This document shows positions 10,091 to 17,991 of a DNA stretch of 27,924 nt, piece by piece. A program made the translations under genes and the position numbers. How positions within the stretch are numbered: position 1 is the first letter of the stretch; every line of letters begins with the position of its first letter. The notes beneath the pieces are model-generated. The model had not been told where the DNA came from. It did no database searches and was given only the letters and a program-made list of their open reading frames with translations. Source of the DNA: a virus (taxonomy: Duplodnaviria > Caudoviricetes); IMG/VR virus record IMGVR_UViG_3300034357_000192, positions 1 through 27,924 of that record. The stretch is one strand, 5' to 3'.

Positions 10091-10370
10091 GATTTTGAGT
10101 CTTTATGAATTGCTCAAATTTAGTAATAAAAAGGTCAACATCACCACTCATAAGTTGATTGTATGCCACCACATCACCCTCAACAATTGTCATCACTTGA
10201 GTTTTAATTCTCGTGGTCGCTTCACTCGCTCTGGTTCTTGGACTGAATCTAAGTGGGTCAATGCTTTGATTAGGTTGCGTTGTTGCTCCACGTTGTATTC
10301 CCATAATTTCTGCATATCTTCTGCTGACATAGACATTAAGGGTGTGAGAGGCTCTATAGCCAAACGTGTA
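10083..10370 (-). CDS. Tail assembly chaperone GT-like -1 frame extension (or a separate 36-aa ORF from ATG 10193)
   Basis: The -1 frame is open from the T7 run to a TAA that overlaps the tape measure start. Confidence 0.6.
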   Translation of the reverse strand, partial: YTFGYRASHTLNVYVSRRYAEIMGIQRGATTQPNQSIDPLRFSPRTRASEATTRIKTQVMTIVEGDVVAYNQLMSGDVDLFITKFEQFIKTQNRG

Positions 10371-10843
10371 AAAAAATCGTGAGCACCTCCCTTGCACATC
10401 TTTTCGAACACATCAAGTTTCTCTTTATGTATATCGTTATTGATAATGTTTGGGTCTTCATCATCTCTTATTATCCAAGTGGCAGCAATGTTAAGTAGTA
10501 GGTCACGATGGATGATAGTATCTTGTCTCTCACGAATGATATGAATGTAGGTAGCAACCAATGCTGCATTCTTTGGATTGGATAGACCAGCACTTAATGC
10601 TTTCTCCATACCTTCAAGTATGCCTTCCATCTCACTACCACTAATACCTGAACTCAACCTTTCAAGTAATGCCATTGACATACTGAACCTTTCAAGTGGC
10701 ATATTGGTCTCTTTTGGGAATCTTAGGTAGTTATACCCATCTTGAGTGAATACCTTCACCAAGTTGTAACTTGATTGTTTCTGATTCCATCTATTGAATC
10801 GATGCCACCACTTGACTGGCATTAATCTTCTGAATAACTTCAT
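10193..10843 (-). CDS. Putative tail assembly chaperone (gpG-like)
   Basis: Helical 216-aa protein immediately upstream of the tape measure gene, with an in-frame slippery heptamer. Confidence 0.65.
   Translation of the reverse strand: MKLFRRLMPVKWWHRFNRWNQKQSSYNLVKVFTQDGYNYLRFPKETNMPLERFSMSMALLERLSSGISGSEMEGILEGMEKALSAGLSNPKNAALVATYIHIIRERQDTIIHRDLLLNIAATWIIRDDEDPNIINNDIHKEKLDVFEKMCKGGAHDFFTRLAIEPLTPLMSMSAEDMQKLWEYNVEQQRNLIKALTHLDSVQEPERVKRPRELKLK
10370..10376 (-). other. Candidate -1 ribosomal frameshift site T TTT TTT
   Basis: CAC GAT TTT TTT ACA, in X XXY YYZ phase relative to the 216-aa ORF. Confidence 0.65.
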
Positions 10844-11051
10844 CTATTGTATTGTTGCTGACCAGCCTATCTAAGTTGGTCAAGGTTAGTATTGTTGTGC
10901 CTTGATTCTCTATCACCATCATAATTGCATTGACATTGACCAGCACCTTGCAGTCACCTAAATCAATTGCTGATAATTCTTGTAACTCTTCATCTTCTAT
11001 ACTCTTGTTGTATTCAATTAGGGTCGATTGTAAGATTATGAAGTTAGCCAT
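10791..11051 (-). CDS. Hypothetical protein (86 aa)
   Basis: ORF tightly packed with its neighbours. Confidence 0.75.
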   Translation of the reverse strand: MANFIILQSTLIEYNKSIEDEELQELSAIDLGDCKVLVNVNAIMMVIENQGTTILTLTNLDRLVSNNTIDEVIQKINASQVVASIQ

Positions 11052-11054
11052 ATC

Positions 11055-11261
11055 TCACCAGTATTCGTGAGGGCATTGTGCATCCTCTACCCTCGTCTTA
11101 GCTGGTAGAAAGCAACCACAAGCATTACATACATTAAGTGGCTTGTACCTATGTTGGCAGTTGTTACATATGGCAGTCCTACCCTTGCTGAGTTCCCTTG
11201 ACTTCTTGTTAGCAGTAAGGTAGTAGTACCACCCTCTGATGATTGCAGATAACTTACTCAT
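11055..11261 (-). CDS. Small Cys-rich putative zinc-binding protein (DUF6171-like)
   Basis: RxxICxxC...CxxCGCFLxAKT...CPxxxW pattern. Confidence 0.75.
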   Translation of the reverse strand: MSKLSAIIRGWYYYLTANKKSRELSKGRTAICNNCQHRYKPLNVCNACGCFLPAKTRVEDAQCPHEYW

Positions 11262-11602
11262 TCTGTTAAGTTAACTATTGATGGTTCACTATCACTAACT
11301 GCAATTGAGAAATCAATGCAAGTATAGGTGCTTTCACCTATGGTTAAGTCTTGTCTTGTACCATTAGGTGTATCAGTTGTTATCCACAAGGTGTAGCCTT
11401 GTAGTGGGTCAATCAATACTCCTTCAATGGTAATGTTACCAAACTCATCACTAATGCTTACAAAGGTCTGAATGCGACCAGTAGCCTTATACTGGATGCA
11501 CACAAGGTAAGAGGTGTCAGGTTCAGCCACCCCAAAGGTGAGACCAGTAGCACATACATCTACATAACTGCCTGAGTCGTAACAAGGTGAACAAATGCTC
11601 AT
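11258..11602 (-). CDS. Hypothetical, probably structural protein (114 aa)
   Basis: Start moved to ATG 11602 (MSICSPC), an ATGA overlap with the terminase stop. Confidence 0.7.
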   Translation of the reverse strand: MSICSPCYDSGSYVDVCATGLTFGVAEPDTSYLVCIQYKATGRIQTFVSISDEFGNITIEGVLIDPLQGYTLWITTDTPNGTRQDLTIGESTYTCIDFSIAVSDSEPSIVNLTE

Positions 11603-12920
11603 AGATATCGTTTTAAAATTGAATTCACAAAGTAACGGAAACAATCAAGAAAATCTGCTCTCTCTGATAAGTTTTTTCGATTGCTCTTAATGATACCACC
11701 ATCAGCATTACATTGTACTTGTTTAGCATCATATACAAGACCTTTACACTTAACTGAGTTAACTCTTATGTCAAGTCGTGTTAGTGCATTGTTGCAGTCT
11801 ATTCGACTATTGTAGTGGGTAGGATTAGCTGGTATGATTATCTGACTATCTGCAAGGTGTAACCTACGTTTGATTTGGGTATAGGCTGAACTATTATCTC
11901 TTTGTTGAATGCTTCTACCATTACCCATTGCATCACCAGTTATCCTAAGTAGACCACGAGGTACATTAAGACTTTCAACATAATCACAGAATGCATCAAT
12001 GCTACCCTTGTCTATATTTATTTCACCAACTACTGAACAACCTTTAGTTGTGTGCTGCTGAATGATTAATGCTGATAGTGGGTTAATGTTAAAGTCAACT
12101 GATACAAATACTGGTATGTTAGGATTGATGGTTAGTGAATCATCAATATGTCTATCATCATCCCACGCATAAAGGAATGGGTTAGATACATCATCCATTA
12201 CATCCCAGTCACCTTCAACAAATCGTGCATACTGAATTGGTGGTAGTTCTTTAAGTGACTCAAGATAGTCTTGACTTATGTATGGGTTATCTGTGATGCG
12301 TGAGTTTATGTAGCACCACTTATCAGGTAGTGTATTGTTTCTCCACCTTTCATAGATAACTGACTTAACCCAATTGTTAGCTGGGTTGCAAGTAGCCAAA
12401 CATACTATTGGTGCTTGACCTATAGCTTTATTCCAACTACCTATACGTTCTTGCACCTTGTAGAATGTAGCCTCTTGTAGTTCGTTAACCTCATCAAGTC
12501 CAGCACCATTCACCTCAAGTCCTCTGAACCTATTCAAGTCCTTGTCATCATCATAACTCTCAGCCATAAAGATTAACTCTGAACCATTGGTGAATGTAAC
12601 CACATTGGTCTCACGATTCCAAGAACTTATGTATTGATTCAATCCATCATTGAGTATTGAACTGAATGATGGAAAGGTAGTACGTTTAAGGTCAGGTAGT
12701 GTCTTACGAATGATTACCCATCTTGAACGTGGGTATAGTAAACATAGTGAAGATAGTGTTAAAAGTAACCAGTAGGTCTTACCACCTCGTTATTCTTTCC
12801 CCCTTACATTTCTGCAAGGGGCAGCCATCGTATAGCACCACCGAATACAATAACCTTCTTGTATCCGTTGATAGCCATATCGTAGGCTTTAGTTTGTCTC
12901 TTAGTTAGTTTAAAACTCAT
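11599..12920 (-). CDS. terL: Terminase large subunit in two segments (12920-12828 and 12786-11599), 426 aa when joined
   Basis: The tracked ORF has Walker B (GAGLDE), CNP and RNase H-like motifs (VSVDFN, DFLDCFRY) but no Walker A. ATG 12920 (ATGA overlap with terS) gives MSFKLTKRQ...VIVFGGAIR, and 41 nt later another frame resumes GGKTYWLL...RWVIIRKTLPDLKRTT. Confidence 0.92.
12787..12827 (-). other. 41-nt structured coding gap in the terL Walker A motif (candidate translational bypass element)
   Basis: CGA|TGGCTG CCCCTTGCA GAAA TGTAAGGGG GAAAGAATAA CGA|GGT. Matching CGA codons, a 9-bp hairpin, and TAA stops in both coding frames. Confidence 0.75.
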
Positions 12921-13363
12921 TCGTCCTTATCTCCCTCTGTTCTAATTATGATTAAAGGCTCAGTAGTGTACATTGTGCTTTCACCATTGTTTGCCCAAAG
13001 TTTTCTTTGTCTATTAGCTAACCAATGTTTTGCTGCTGGTGTATCGGGTGGCAGTTCTTTTCTTAGTTGTACTATCTGCCCGTCCTTAGTTAGTGCCTCT
13101 TCAATGATTGTAAGACCCAATGCTCTTTTATACATTGCCCTTGCTACTTTGCCATCAGCATCTTCTTTTCCTTGCGTTAATGACTTAAGAAATTCAGGGT
13201 GTTTGTGTTTCCAAGCATTAAATGTCACCTCAGATATTCCAATGATGTTAGACATCTGAACATCAGATAGACCGAGCAAAGCCATCTCAAAGACTTGGTC
13301 ATTGAATATTTCTTTATACTCAGTTGGTCTACCTACACTATTAGGTTCATCTTGACTATTCAT
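12917..13363 (-). CDS. terS: Terminase small subunit
   Basis: GRPTEY, an HTH (LSDVQMSNIIGISEVTFNAWKHKHPEF), and YKRALG...PPDTPAAKHWLANRQ. Directly upstream of terL. Confidence 0.88.
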   Translation of the reverse strand: MNSQDEPNSVGRPTEYKEIFNDQVFEMALLGLSDVQMSNIIGISEVTFNAWKHKHPEFLKSLTQGKEDADGKVARAMYKRALGLTIIEEALTKDGQIVQLRKELPPDTPAAKHWLANRQRKLWANNGESTMYTTEPLIIIRTEGDKDE

Positions 13364-13494
13364 CTTTTACGTTTTGATTTTTCTGCTTCAGCATAAGCAA
13401 TAGCTACCGCTTGTTTAGGCTCATAACCTTCTTTGATTAACTTCTGAATATTCTTGTTGATTACCTCGTATGTATCTCCTTGTATGAGTGGCAT
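13360..13494 (-). CDS. Small basic phage protein, 44 aa (MPLIQG...KQAVAIAYAEA)
   Basis: Below the ORF-track cutoff. The MPL..G....I..NI..L..EG...KQAVAIA pattern is common next to packaging genes. ATGA overlap with terS. Confidence 0.8.
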   Translation of the reverse strand: MPLIQGDTYEVINKNIQKLIKEGYEPKQAVAIAYAEAEKSKRKR

Positions 13495-13510
13495 AGGTAT
13501 CTGTTTGAAT

Positions 13511-13897
13511 TTACAAAGTTACAAAAGAATTTAGTTTGTCAAGTGATATGAATTTCTGTAGTTCAAAACCTTGAGCCTTAAAGTTCATTGTTGTGCAATG
13601 CTCTATGATATAATCTTTAGGCACTAACCATCTACTTTGTTCATCTACTATCTCAACTTTGTCAAATGTCACACCATTCTCTATTAGGTAGTAGTTGATG
13701 CCATAAGAGTTATTGACTCTCATAAGATGCTTAGACCTTGACCTAACCAGTCTTAATGTTTTTGTTGCTTTGTCTATTTGACCTATGGCTCTCTTCTTAC
13801 CATCAGCAAGTAGCAATGATAGATTGATGATTGAATCTTTATGTGTGGCAATTAACTTATTACCACTTGAATCTTCTATGGTGTGGGTCTTGTTCAT
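13511..13897 (-). CDS. Hypothetical protein (128 aa)
   Basis: ORF with ATGA coupling to the upstream gene. Confidence 0.75.
   Translation of the reverse strand: MNKTHTIEDSSGNKLIATHKDSIINLSLLLADGKKRAIGQIDKATKTLRLVRSRSKHLMRVNNSYGINYYLIENGVTFDKVEIVDEQSRWLVPKDYIIEHCTTMNFKAQGFELQKFISLDKLNSFVTL
13514..13542 (-). promoter_or_regulatory. Bacteroidota-type promoter for the packaging/tail operon
   Basis: TTG-N18-TAACTTTG, ending 19 nt before ATG 13494. Confidence 0.6.
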
Positions 13898-14277
13898 AGC
13901 TGGTAGGTGTCAATTCGTTTCTTGACCATATCGATGAACTTATCCATCATTGATGCATAGTAGGTATTAAAGTCTTGGTAGCCTTCAGGATTGCGTTCAA
14001 ACAATACGTATAGGCACGACCTCAACCTTTGACTTGGTGTCTTAGAACCCATCTCTTCTGCATCTATCTTGATTGACTTGAGTAGTTCCTCATCATTGTA
14101 ATTGAATGCCTCACCTTTGAATGCCATAACACCTACACCTGATGTCCACTGGTTGAATAGTTCAGCAGCCTTATATGGTGAAAGTTCTTGTGTGCCTATC
14201 ACTACCTTCAGCGTCTTATCTCTACGGGTAGCAACAGATTCAATTGCACAAGGTATAAGTAGTAGGTTACTTTCCAT
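13894..14277 (-). CDS. Conserved phage hypothetical protein (KTPSQRLR motif)
   Basis: Likely start is ATG 14277 (MESNLL). Confidence 0.75.
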   Translation of the reverse strand: MESNLLLIPCAIESVATRRDKTLKVVIGTQELSPYKAAELFNQWTSGVGVMAFKGEAFNYNDEELLKSIKIDAEEMGSKTPSQRLRSCLYVLFERNPEGYQDFNTYYASMMDKFIDMVKKRIDTYQL

Positions 14278-14479
14278 AGGTTTCGTTGTAATAGTCTTGT
14301 GCATTTAAAAACATTGTTCCATTAAAAGGTTGAGCATTCATATGTGCTTCAATTATTTGAACCTTTTCCATTGCTTCTAATTTTTCCATAGAATTTAAAA
14401 ACCAAGTTTTAAATTCATTATCTGATAAAATATTAAATTTTTCAATGATTGTAAATATTGCAGTTTGTCTCTTATCCAT
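14267..14479 (-). CDS. Small hypothetical protein, QTA...EKxQIxxA...YY family
   Basis: Similar to 14472..14690 and 19005..19226. Confidence 0.75.
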   Translation of the reverse strand: MDKRQTAIFTIIEKFNILSDNEFKTWFLNSMEKLEAMEKVQIIEAHMNAQPFNGTMFLNAQDYYNETYGK

Positions 14480-14690
14480 AAAACTGATTGTAAAAGTCTA
14501 ATGATGCTTTTGGTGCATACCTTTCTGTTTCGCTATCTTCAAGTCCACACTCATAAGCACCCATGATTTCCATCTTATGTTGAGATTTTAACTCTTCATA
14601 GTTCGTATTGAGCCATTGAATAAAATCATCAATGTTCATTTCGTTTTGTCTTTCAAAGATTAATTCAATAACCGATTGTTCAGCAGCCAT
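14472..14690 (-). CDS. Small hypothetical protein, same family as 14267..14479
   Basis: Likely start is ATG 14690 (MAAEQSVIE). Contains HKMEIMGAY...DFYNQFYG. Confidence 0.72.
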   Translation of the reverse strand: MAAEQSVIELIFERQNEMNIDDFIQWLNTNYEELKSQHKMEIMGAYECGLEDSETERYAPKASLDFYNQFYG

Positions 14691-14889
14691 AATGTTCAGA
14701 TTTAGTTGGTTTACTTGTTTTGTGTTCAGCACTAACCTTATCAAGATATTCTTTGACCATTACCTTGATTAGTTCCTTATGCGATGTTGGTATTCTAAAT
14801 GTAATGTTAATTGTGCGTTCACCATATTTGAATGGGTGACCAGCACCAAGTCTCTTACCACCTCTGTTATCTTTCTTTTTTAGTTCCAT
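14680..14889 (-). CDS. Putative ribbon-helix-helix DNA-binding protein
   Basis: RGGKRxGAG followed by NITFRIP and a helix. Start ATG 14889. Confidence 0.6.
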   Translation of the reverse strand: MELKKKDNRGGKRLGAGHPFKYGERTINITFRIPTSHKELIKVMVKEYLDKVSAEHKTSKPTKSEHYGC

Positions 14890-14895
14890 AGTCAA

Positions 14896-14903
14896 CAAAT
14901 ATA
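14896..14903 (-). promoter_or_regulatory. Possible -7 promoter element TATATTTG
   Basis: Exact TAnnTTTG match in an intergenic gap, but no clear -33 element. Confidence 0.35.
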
Positions 14904-14922
14904 GTGATTATATGATTATGTT

Positions 14923-15120
14923 TTACTTTATTGTAACACGCATATCTATTTTGTAGTTATGATATTCAATGTGAAAATCTTTAATTGGGTATAGGTATCT
15001 TGCTAATTCAATTTTTTCAATTGTATTTTCAATATTAGCTACAACAATACTGAACTCTTTTTTCTCTAATGCATTTACACTATGTATTGAGAAATATTTA
15101 TTATTATTTAACTCCATCAT
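14923..15120 (-). CDS. Hypothetical protein (65 aa)
   Basis: ORF in the operon. Confidence 0.65.
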   Translation of the reverse strand: MMELNNNKYFSIHSVNALEKKEFSIVVANIENTIEKIELARYLYPIKDFHIEYHNYKIDMRVTIK

Positions 15121-15236
15121 TTACATTTTTTATTAGTACAGAATATCTTACCATGATAGACCTTTGCAAATTCGCACTTACCACCTCTTATTTCGTAGTA
15201 GTTGAACTCACAAGGTAGTGGTTCAGAAAGGTTCAT
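15117..15236 (-). CDS. Small 39-aa four-Cys ORF MNLSEPLPCEFNYYEIRGGKCEFAKVYHGKIFCTNKKCK
   Basis: Read by hand. Overlaps the dnaB end and has ATGA coupling to the next gene. Confidence 0.55.
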   Translation of the reverse strand: MNLSEPLPCEFNYYEIRGGKCEFAKVYHGKIFCTNKKCK

Positions 15237-16608
15237 TGGTTTCTTTATCCCAGTCTTTGTCTGCATAATGTCTTAGGTCTTTAGGTTGTGGTAAAAATGT
15301 ACTGCCAATGTCGTGAGTGGTTACATCTGTGAAGTTGGTCATATTAGGTGAATGCCTAAACTCAACTATACCAGTAGCACCTTGCCTATGTTTCTCAAAT
15401 AAGTAAAAGATGTGATTGGTGTATGGGTTTCCATTATCATCATTCAATCCATAGTATGATGGTCTCCAAACAAAAGCAACACTATCTGCATCTTGCTCAA
15501 GTGAACCTGATTCTCTCAAGTCAGATAAGATTGGTTTCTTATCAGGTCTTTTTTCTACCTCACGACTAAGTTGTGCAAGTGCTATGATTGGTATGCCAAG
15601 TTCTTTTTGTGCTGCTTTCAATGTTCTACTTATTTCTGCTACCTCAGCCTCTCTATTACCTCCTTTAAAGCCTTCTATGGTCATCAATTGAAGATAGTCA
15701 ATGATAGCCCACTTGCATCTGCCTTTACGATGCTCTCTCTTCATTACTCTTATTGCCTCATGTACACCACATCTTGCTTTATCGTAGATTAGAAATGGTG
15801 CTTTTTCAATGCTACCTATCGTTCTTTCAAATGAATGGAGTTCAGATTGACTAAGGTTACCATCTCTTAATCTTGATGAATGGATTGAGTCACCAGCCTC
15901 TTGTAAAATTAACCTTTGACATAACTGAGATTTATTCATCTCAAGGTTAAAATAGATACCAGCCTCACCACTCTTCATACCATGAAATAGTGCAAGTGCA
16001 GTCTTACCCATTGATGGTCTACCTGCTATGATTATGAACTCAGGATGAAAACCACCAGTAAATTTATTAAGTGAATTAAGACCAGTCTCAAGTCCAGTAG
16101 TCTTACCTGATAGTGTTAGTGCTGCTCTACGATAATATGCCTCACGTTCATCATTGGTAAGGTCAGATAAGTTAATGATATTATCTGAACTACTACCAGT
16201 ATCAAGTAGGTTGGTCAATGACTTGATTATTTCTGTTGCAGTTGTGTAACCATCGTTATTTATAAGACCTAATGATTGTTCAGTTACGATTGATGCTATT
16301 GACCTTTTAATGTGATTGTCTTTAAGTATAGCAATGTATTCATTGACTGGTTCGTTGTAAGTCAAATTGTTTGACCAAGTAACTATCTCAGATGTTTCTT
16401 TAGGTGTAAACTTATCAATCTCGTTTGATGTCATAAAGAAATTGACCAAGTTAGGAGTAAGTCCTTTGTCAATCGTTTTTTTTATTACTTGGTAACATCG
16501 TGAGGTAAGCACCTCATTGAAGAGATGCTCACCTAATTGTGGCATTAGTTCTTGGTGGGTATCACCTGTCATCAGAATACCTATGAGTGCTTGTTGTGGG
16601 TTGGTCAT
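15223..16608 (-). CDS. dnaB: Replicative DNA helicase, DnaB family
   Basis: IAGRPSMGKT, FNLEM, IIDYLQL, ALAQLSREVEKRPDKKPILSDLRESGSLEQDAD and KHRQG. Confidence 0.97.
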   Translation of the reverse strand: MTNPQQALIGILMTGDTHQELMPQLGEHLFNEVLTSRCYQVIKKTIDKGLTPNLVNFFMTSNEIDKFTPKETSEIVTWSNNLTYNEPVNEYIAILKDNHIKRSIASIVTEQSLGLINNDGYTTATEIIKSLTNLLDTGSSSDNIINLSDLTNDEREAYYRRAALTLSGKTTGLETGLNSLNKFTGGFHPEFIIIAGRPSMGKTALALFHGMKSGEAGIYFNLEMNKSQLCQRLILQEAGDSIHSSRLRDGNLSQSELHSFERTIGSIEKAPFLIYDKARCGVHEAIRVMKREHRKGRCKWAIIDYLQLMTIEGFKGGNREAEVAEISRTLKAAQKELGIPIIALAQLSREVEKRPDKKPILSDLRESGSLEQDADSVAFVWRPSYYGLNDDNGNPYTNHIFYLFEKHRQGATGIVEFRHSPNMTNFTDVTTHDIGSTFLPQPKDLRHYADKDWDKETNEPF

Positions 16609-16802
16609 TTCAATTTTCTTTTTATTTCACGTTCACCTATCTGCATTTTATCTTCAGGGTAGTTAGGGTTGACATCGTATGTGAACTCTACCCATCTGTG
16701 ACCAACTACTTTTAGTTTGTAGTCTTGTTTGCCAAATGGCATACCAGCAAGGATTGGAAACTTCTTAACTTCTTTCTCTGTGATTTGATTGTAGATTGTC
16801 AT
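16605..16802 (-). CDS. Hypothetical early protein (65 aa)
   Basis: AATCAATAAATC leader and ATGA overlap with dnaB. Confidence 0.7.
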   Translation of the reverse strand: MTIYNQITEKEVKKFPILAGMPFGKQDYKLKVVGHRWVEFTYDVNPNYPEDKMQIGEREIKRKLK

Positions 16803-16830
16803 AATGATTTATTGATTGAGTAAGTAAAAT

Positions 16831-16849
16831 GGGTGGTTGTTAGCCACCC
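16831..16849 (-). terminator. Intergenic hairpin (weak terminator or processing site)
   Basis: GGGTGG-CTAACAA-CCACCC followed by ATTTTACTT. Confidence 0.55.
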
Positions 16850-16857
16850 TTGATTTA

Positions 16858-17025
16858 TTATTTGCTTGTATTAGTTTGCTTGATTTGTTCGTCTATTGCC
16901 CTAATTTCTTTACAAGCAATAAAAAAATCTTTACGTAGCTTAATACATTTTAAAGAATTGTCCATTTTAGTAACTGCTGCTGCTCTTTTCATTCTTAATA
17001 CTTCGATGTTTGTTAAAGTTGTCAT
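16858..17025 (-). CDS. Small basic hypothetical early protein (55 aa)
   Basis: Start moved to ATG 17025 (MTTLTNIEV) because the longer call overlaps the promoter. Confidence 0.65.
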   Translation of the reverse strand: MTTLTNIEVLRMKRAAAVTKMDNSLKCIKLRKDFFIACKEIRAIDEQIKQTNTSK

Positions 17026-17072
17026 TTTGTTTAATTTAGTGAGTAAGTAAAATATTTGTGACTGATTGATGA

Positions 17073-17105
17073 GCAAATGTAAAACTATTATTTGATTACG
17101 CAATA
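17073..17105 (-). promoter_or_regulatory. Early promoter, copy 2
   Basis: TTG-N19-TACATTTG, 28/33 identical to 22694..22726. Confidence 0.8.
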
Positions 17106-17135
17106 CATTAACATAATTATTTTTAATTATTTTTT

Positions 17136-17768
17136 TTACTTGACATCGTCACCTACATAATGTTGACCTTGTGATGAACGATTAAAGACTACTGGTGCTG
17201 ACTTGACAAAGTTGTTAGTAGGTTGTTTTTCTTTTAGTTTCCAATTTGAAAGTCTTCTATTTATATTCCATGCCTTTTCACCAGTCATTCTCATTTTACC
17301 ATTAGGCATAGATTCAGACCAATAAAAGTAGAATGAGTTACAACAATCTTTACCATACTTTTCTATAAATGGTTTGATTTGGTCAATAAAGTCTTGATTA
17401 GTAAATTTTGTATAGTTAGGTGCTTTAGCACTCTTTAATTTATCCTTATCATTATCTTCATCCTTATCCTTATTCTTATCCTTATAGGCTTCTACTTCGA
17501 TTCCAAGTCGCTTCACTTTCGCTTCTGTTTCGCTTATTGTTTGCTTAGATTTCGGTTTACTTCCATTGATATAGTTAGTATTACCTTTCTCCAATACTGG
17601 TCTTATGAGTCTCCATATCGTTAATGATAGACCATTTAGATTAGGCTCGATAAAGTCTAATGAGTATTCAAAGATGGCATTGTACAACTCAGCCTGATTC
17701 TCTTTAGGTAGTTCTTTTATTGATTCAAACATTGACCGATAAAAGATGCAAGTATCTCTGCTATTCAT
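17136..17768 (-). CDS. Replication initiator/replisome organiser (DUF6291-like N-terminus)
   Basis: IFYRSMFESIKEL...LYNAIFEY, a low-complexity linker with a DKDK repeat, and a C-terminal FYFYWSE...W..RL.NW domain. Upstream of dnaB. Likely start is ATG 17768. Confidence 0.8.
   Translation of the reverse strand: MNSRDTCIFYRSMFESIKELPKENQAELYNAIFEYSLDFIEPNLNGLSLTIWRLIRPVLEKGNTNYINGSKPKSKQTISETEAKVKRLGIEVEAYKDKNKDKDEDNDKDKLKSAKAPNYTKFTNQDFIDQIKPFIEKYGKDCCNSFYFYWSESMPNGKMRMTGEKAWNINRRLSNWKLKEKQPTNNFVKSAPVVFNRSSQGQHYVGDDVK
17488..17558 (-). repeat. 11-bp-period degenerate repeats (candidate origin iterons)
   Basis: AAACCGAAATC TAAGCAAACAA TAAGCGAAACA GAAGCGAAAGT GAAGCGACTTG GAATCGAAGTA GAAGC. Confidence 0.65.
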
Positions 17769-17769
17769 A

Positions 17770-17988
17770 TCAATCTCCAATTATAGATGAACAATTTTGT
17801 AGTATAATTTGGTCAATACCATCTTCCAATATCTCATTGATATATTCTTTAGTTAACCTTTTTTTTTCTAATTCACAATCATCATTTTGTACATATGTCA
17901 AATATTCTATACACAATAACCTATGTGTATTGTAAAGGTTTATAAGCATTCCACTTAATTCTTCTTGACTTAGTTCTTGCAGTTTCAT
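17770..17988 (-). CDS. Hypothetical protein (72 aa)
   Basis: First ORF after the structured leader. Confidence 0.65.
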   Translation of the reverse strand: MKLQELSQEELSGMLINLYNTHRLLCIEYLTYVQNDDCELEKKRLTKEYINEILEDGIDQIILQNCSSIIGD

Positions 17989-17991
17989 AAT

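Noticed and set aside
11599-12642. Tracked 347-aa ORF from TTG 12642 as the complete terminase
   Set aside because: It lacks Walker A, and the frame is open upstream to 12789 with clear terminase sequence.
12787-12827. terL insert as a group I/II intron or an intein
   Set aside because: At 41 nt it is far too short for a ribozyme core. No placement within the ACGA repeat gives both an exon-terminal U and an intron-terminal G. It is out of frame and contains stops, so it is not an intein.
15177-15191. ATAAGAGGTGGTAAG (IRGGK), 14/15 identical to the rejoined terL junction, with a similar string near 14855-14870
   Set aside because: Explained by preferred codons for RGGK, in the same orientation and with no flanking similarity. 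There is no evidence for a guide or template role.
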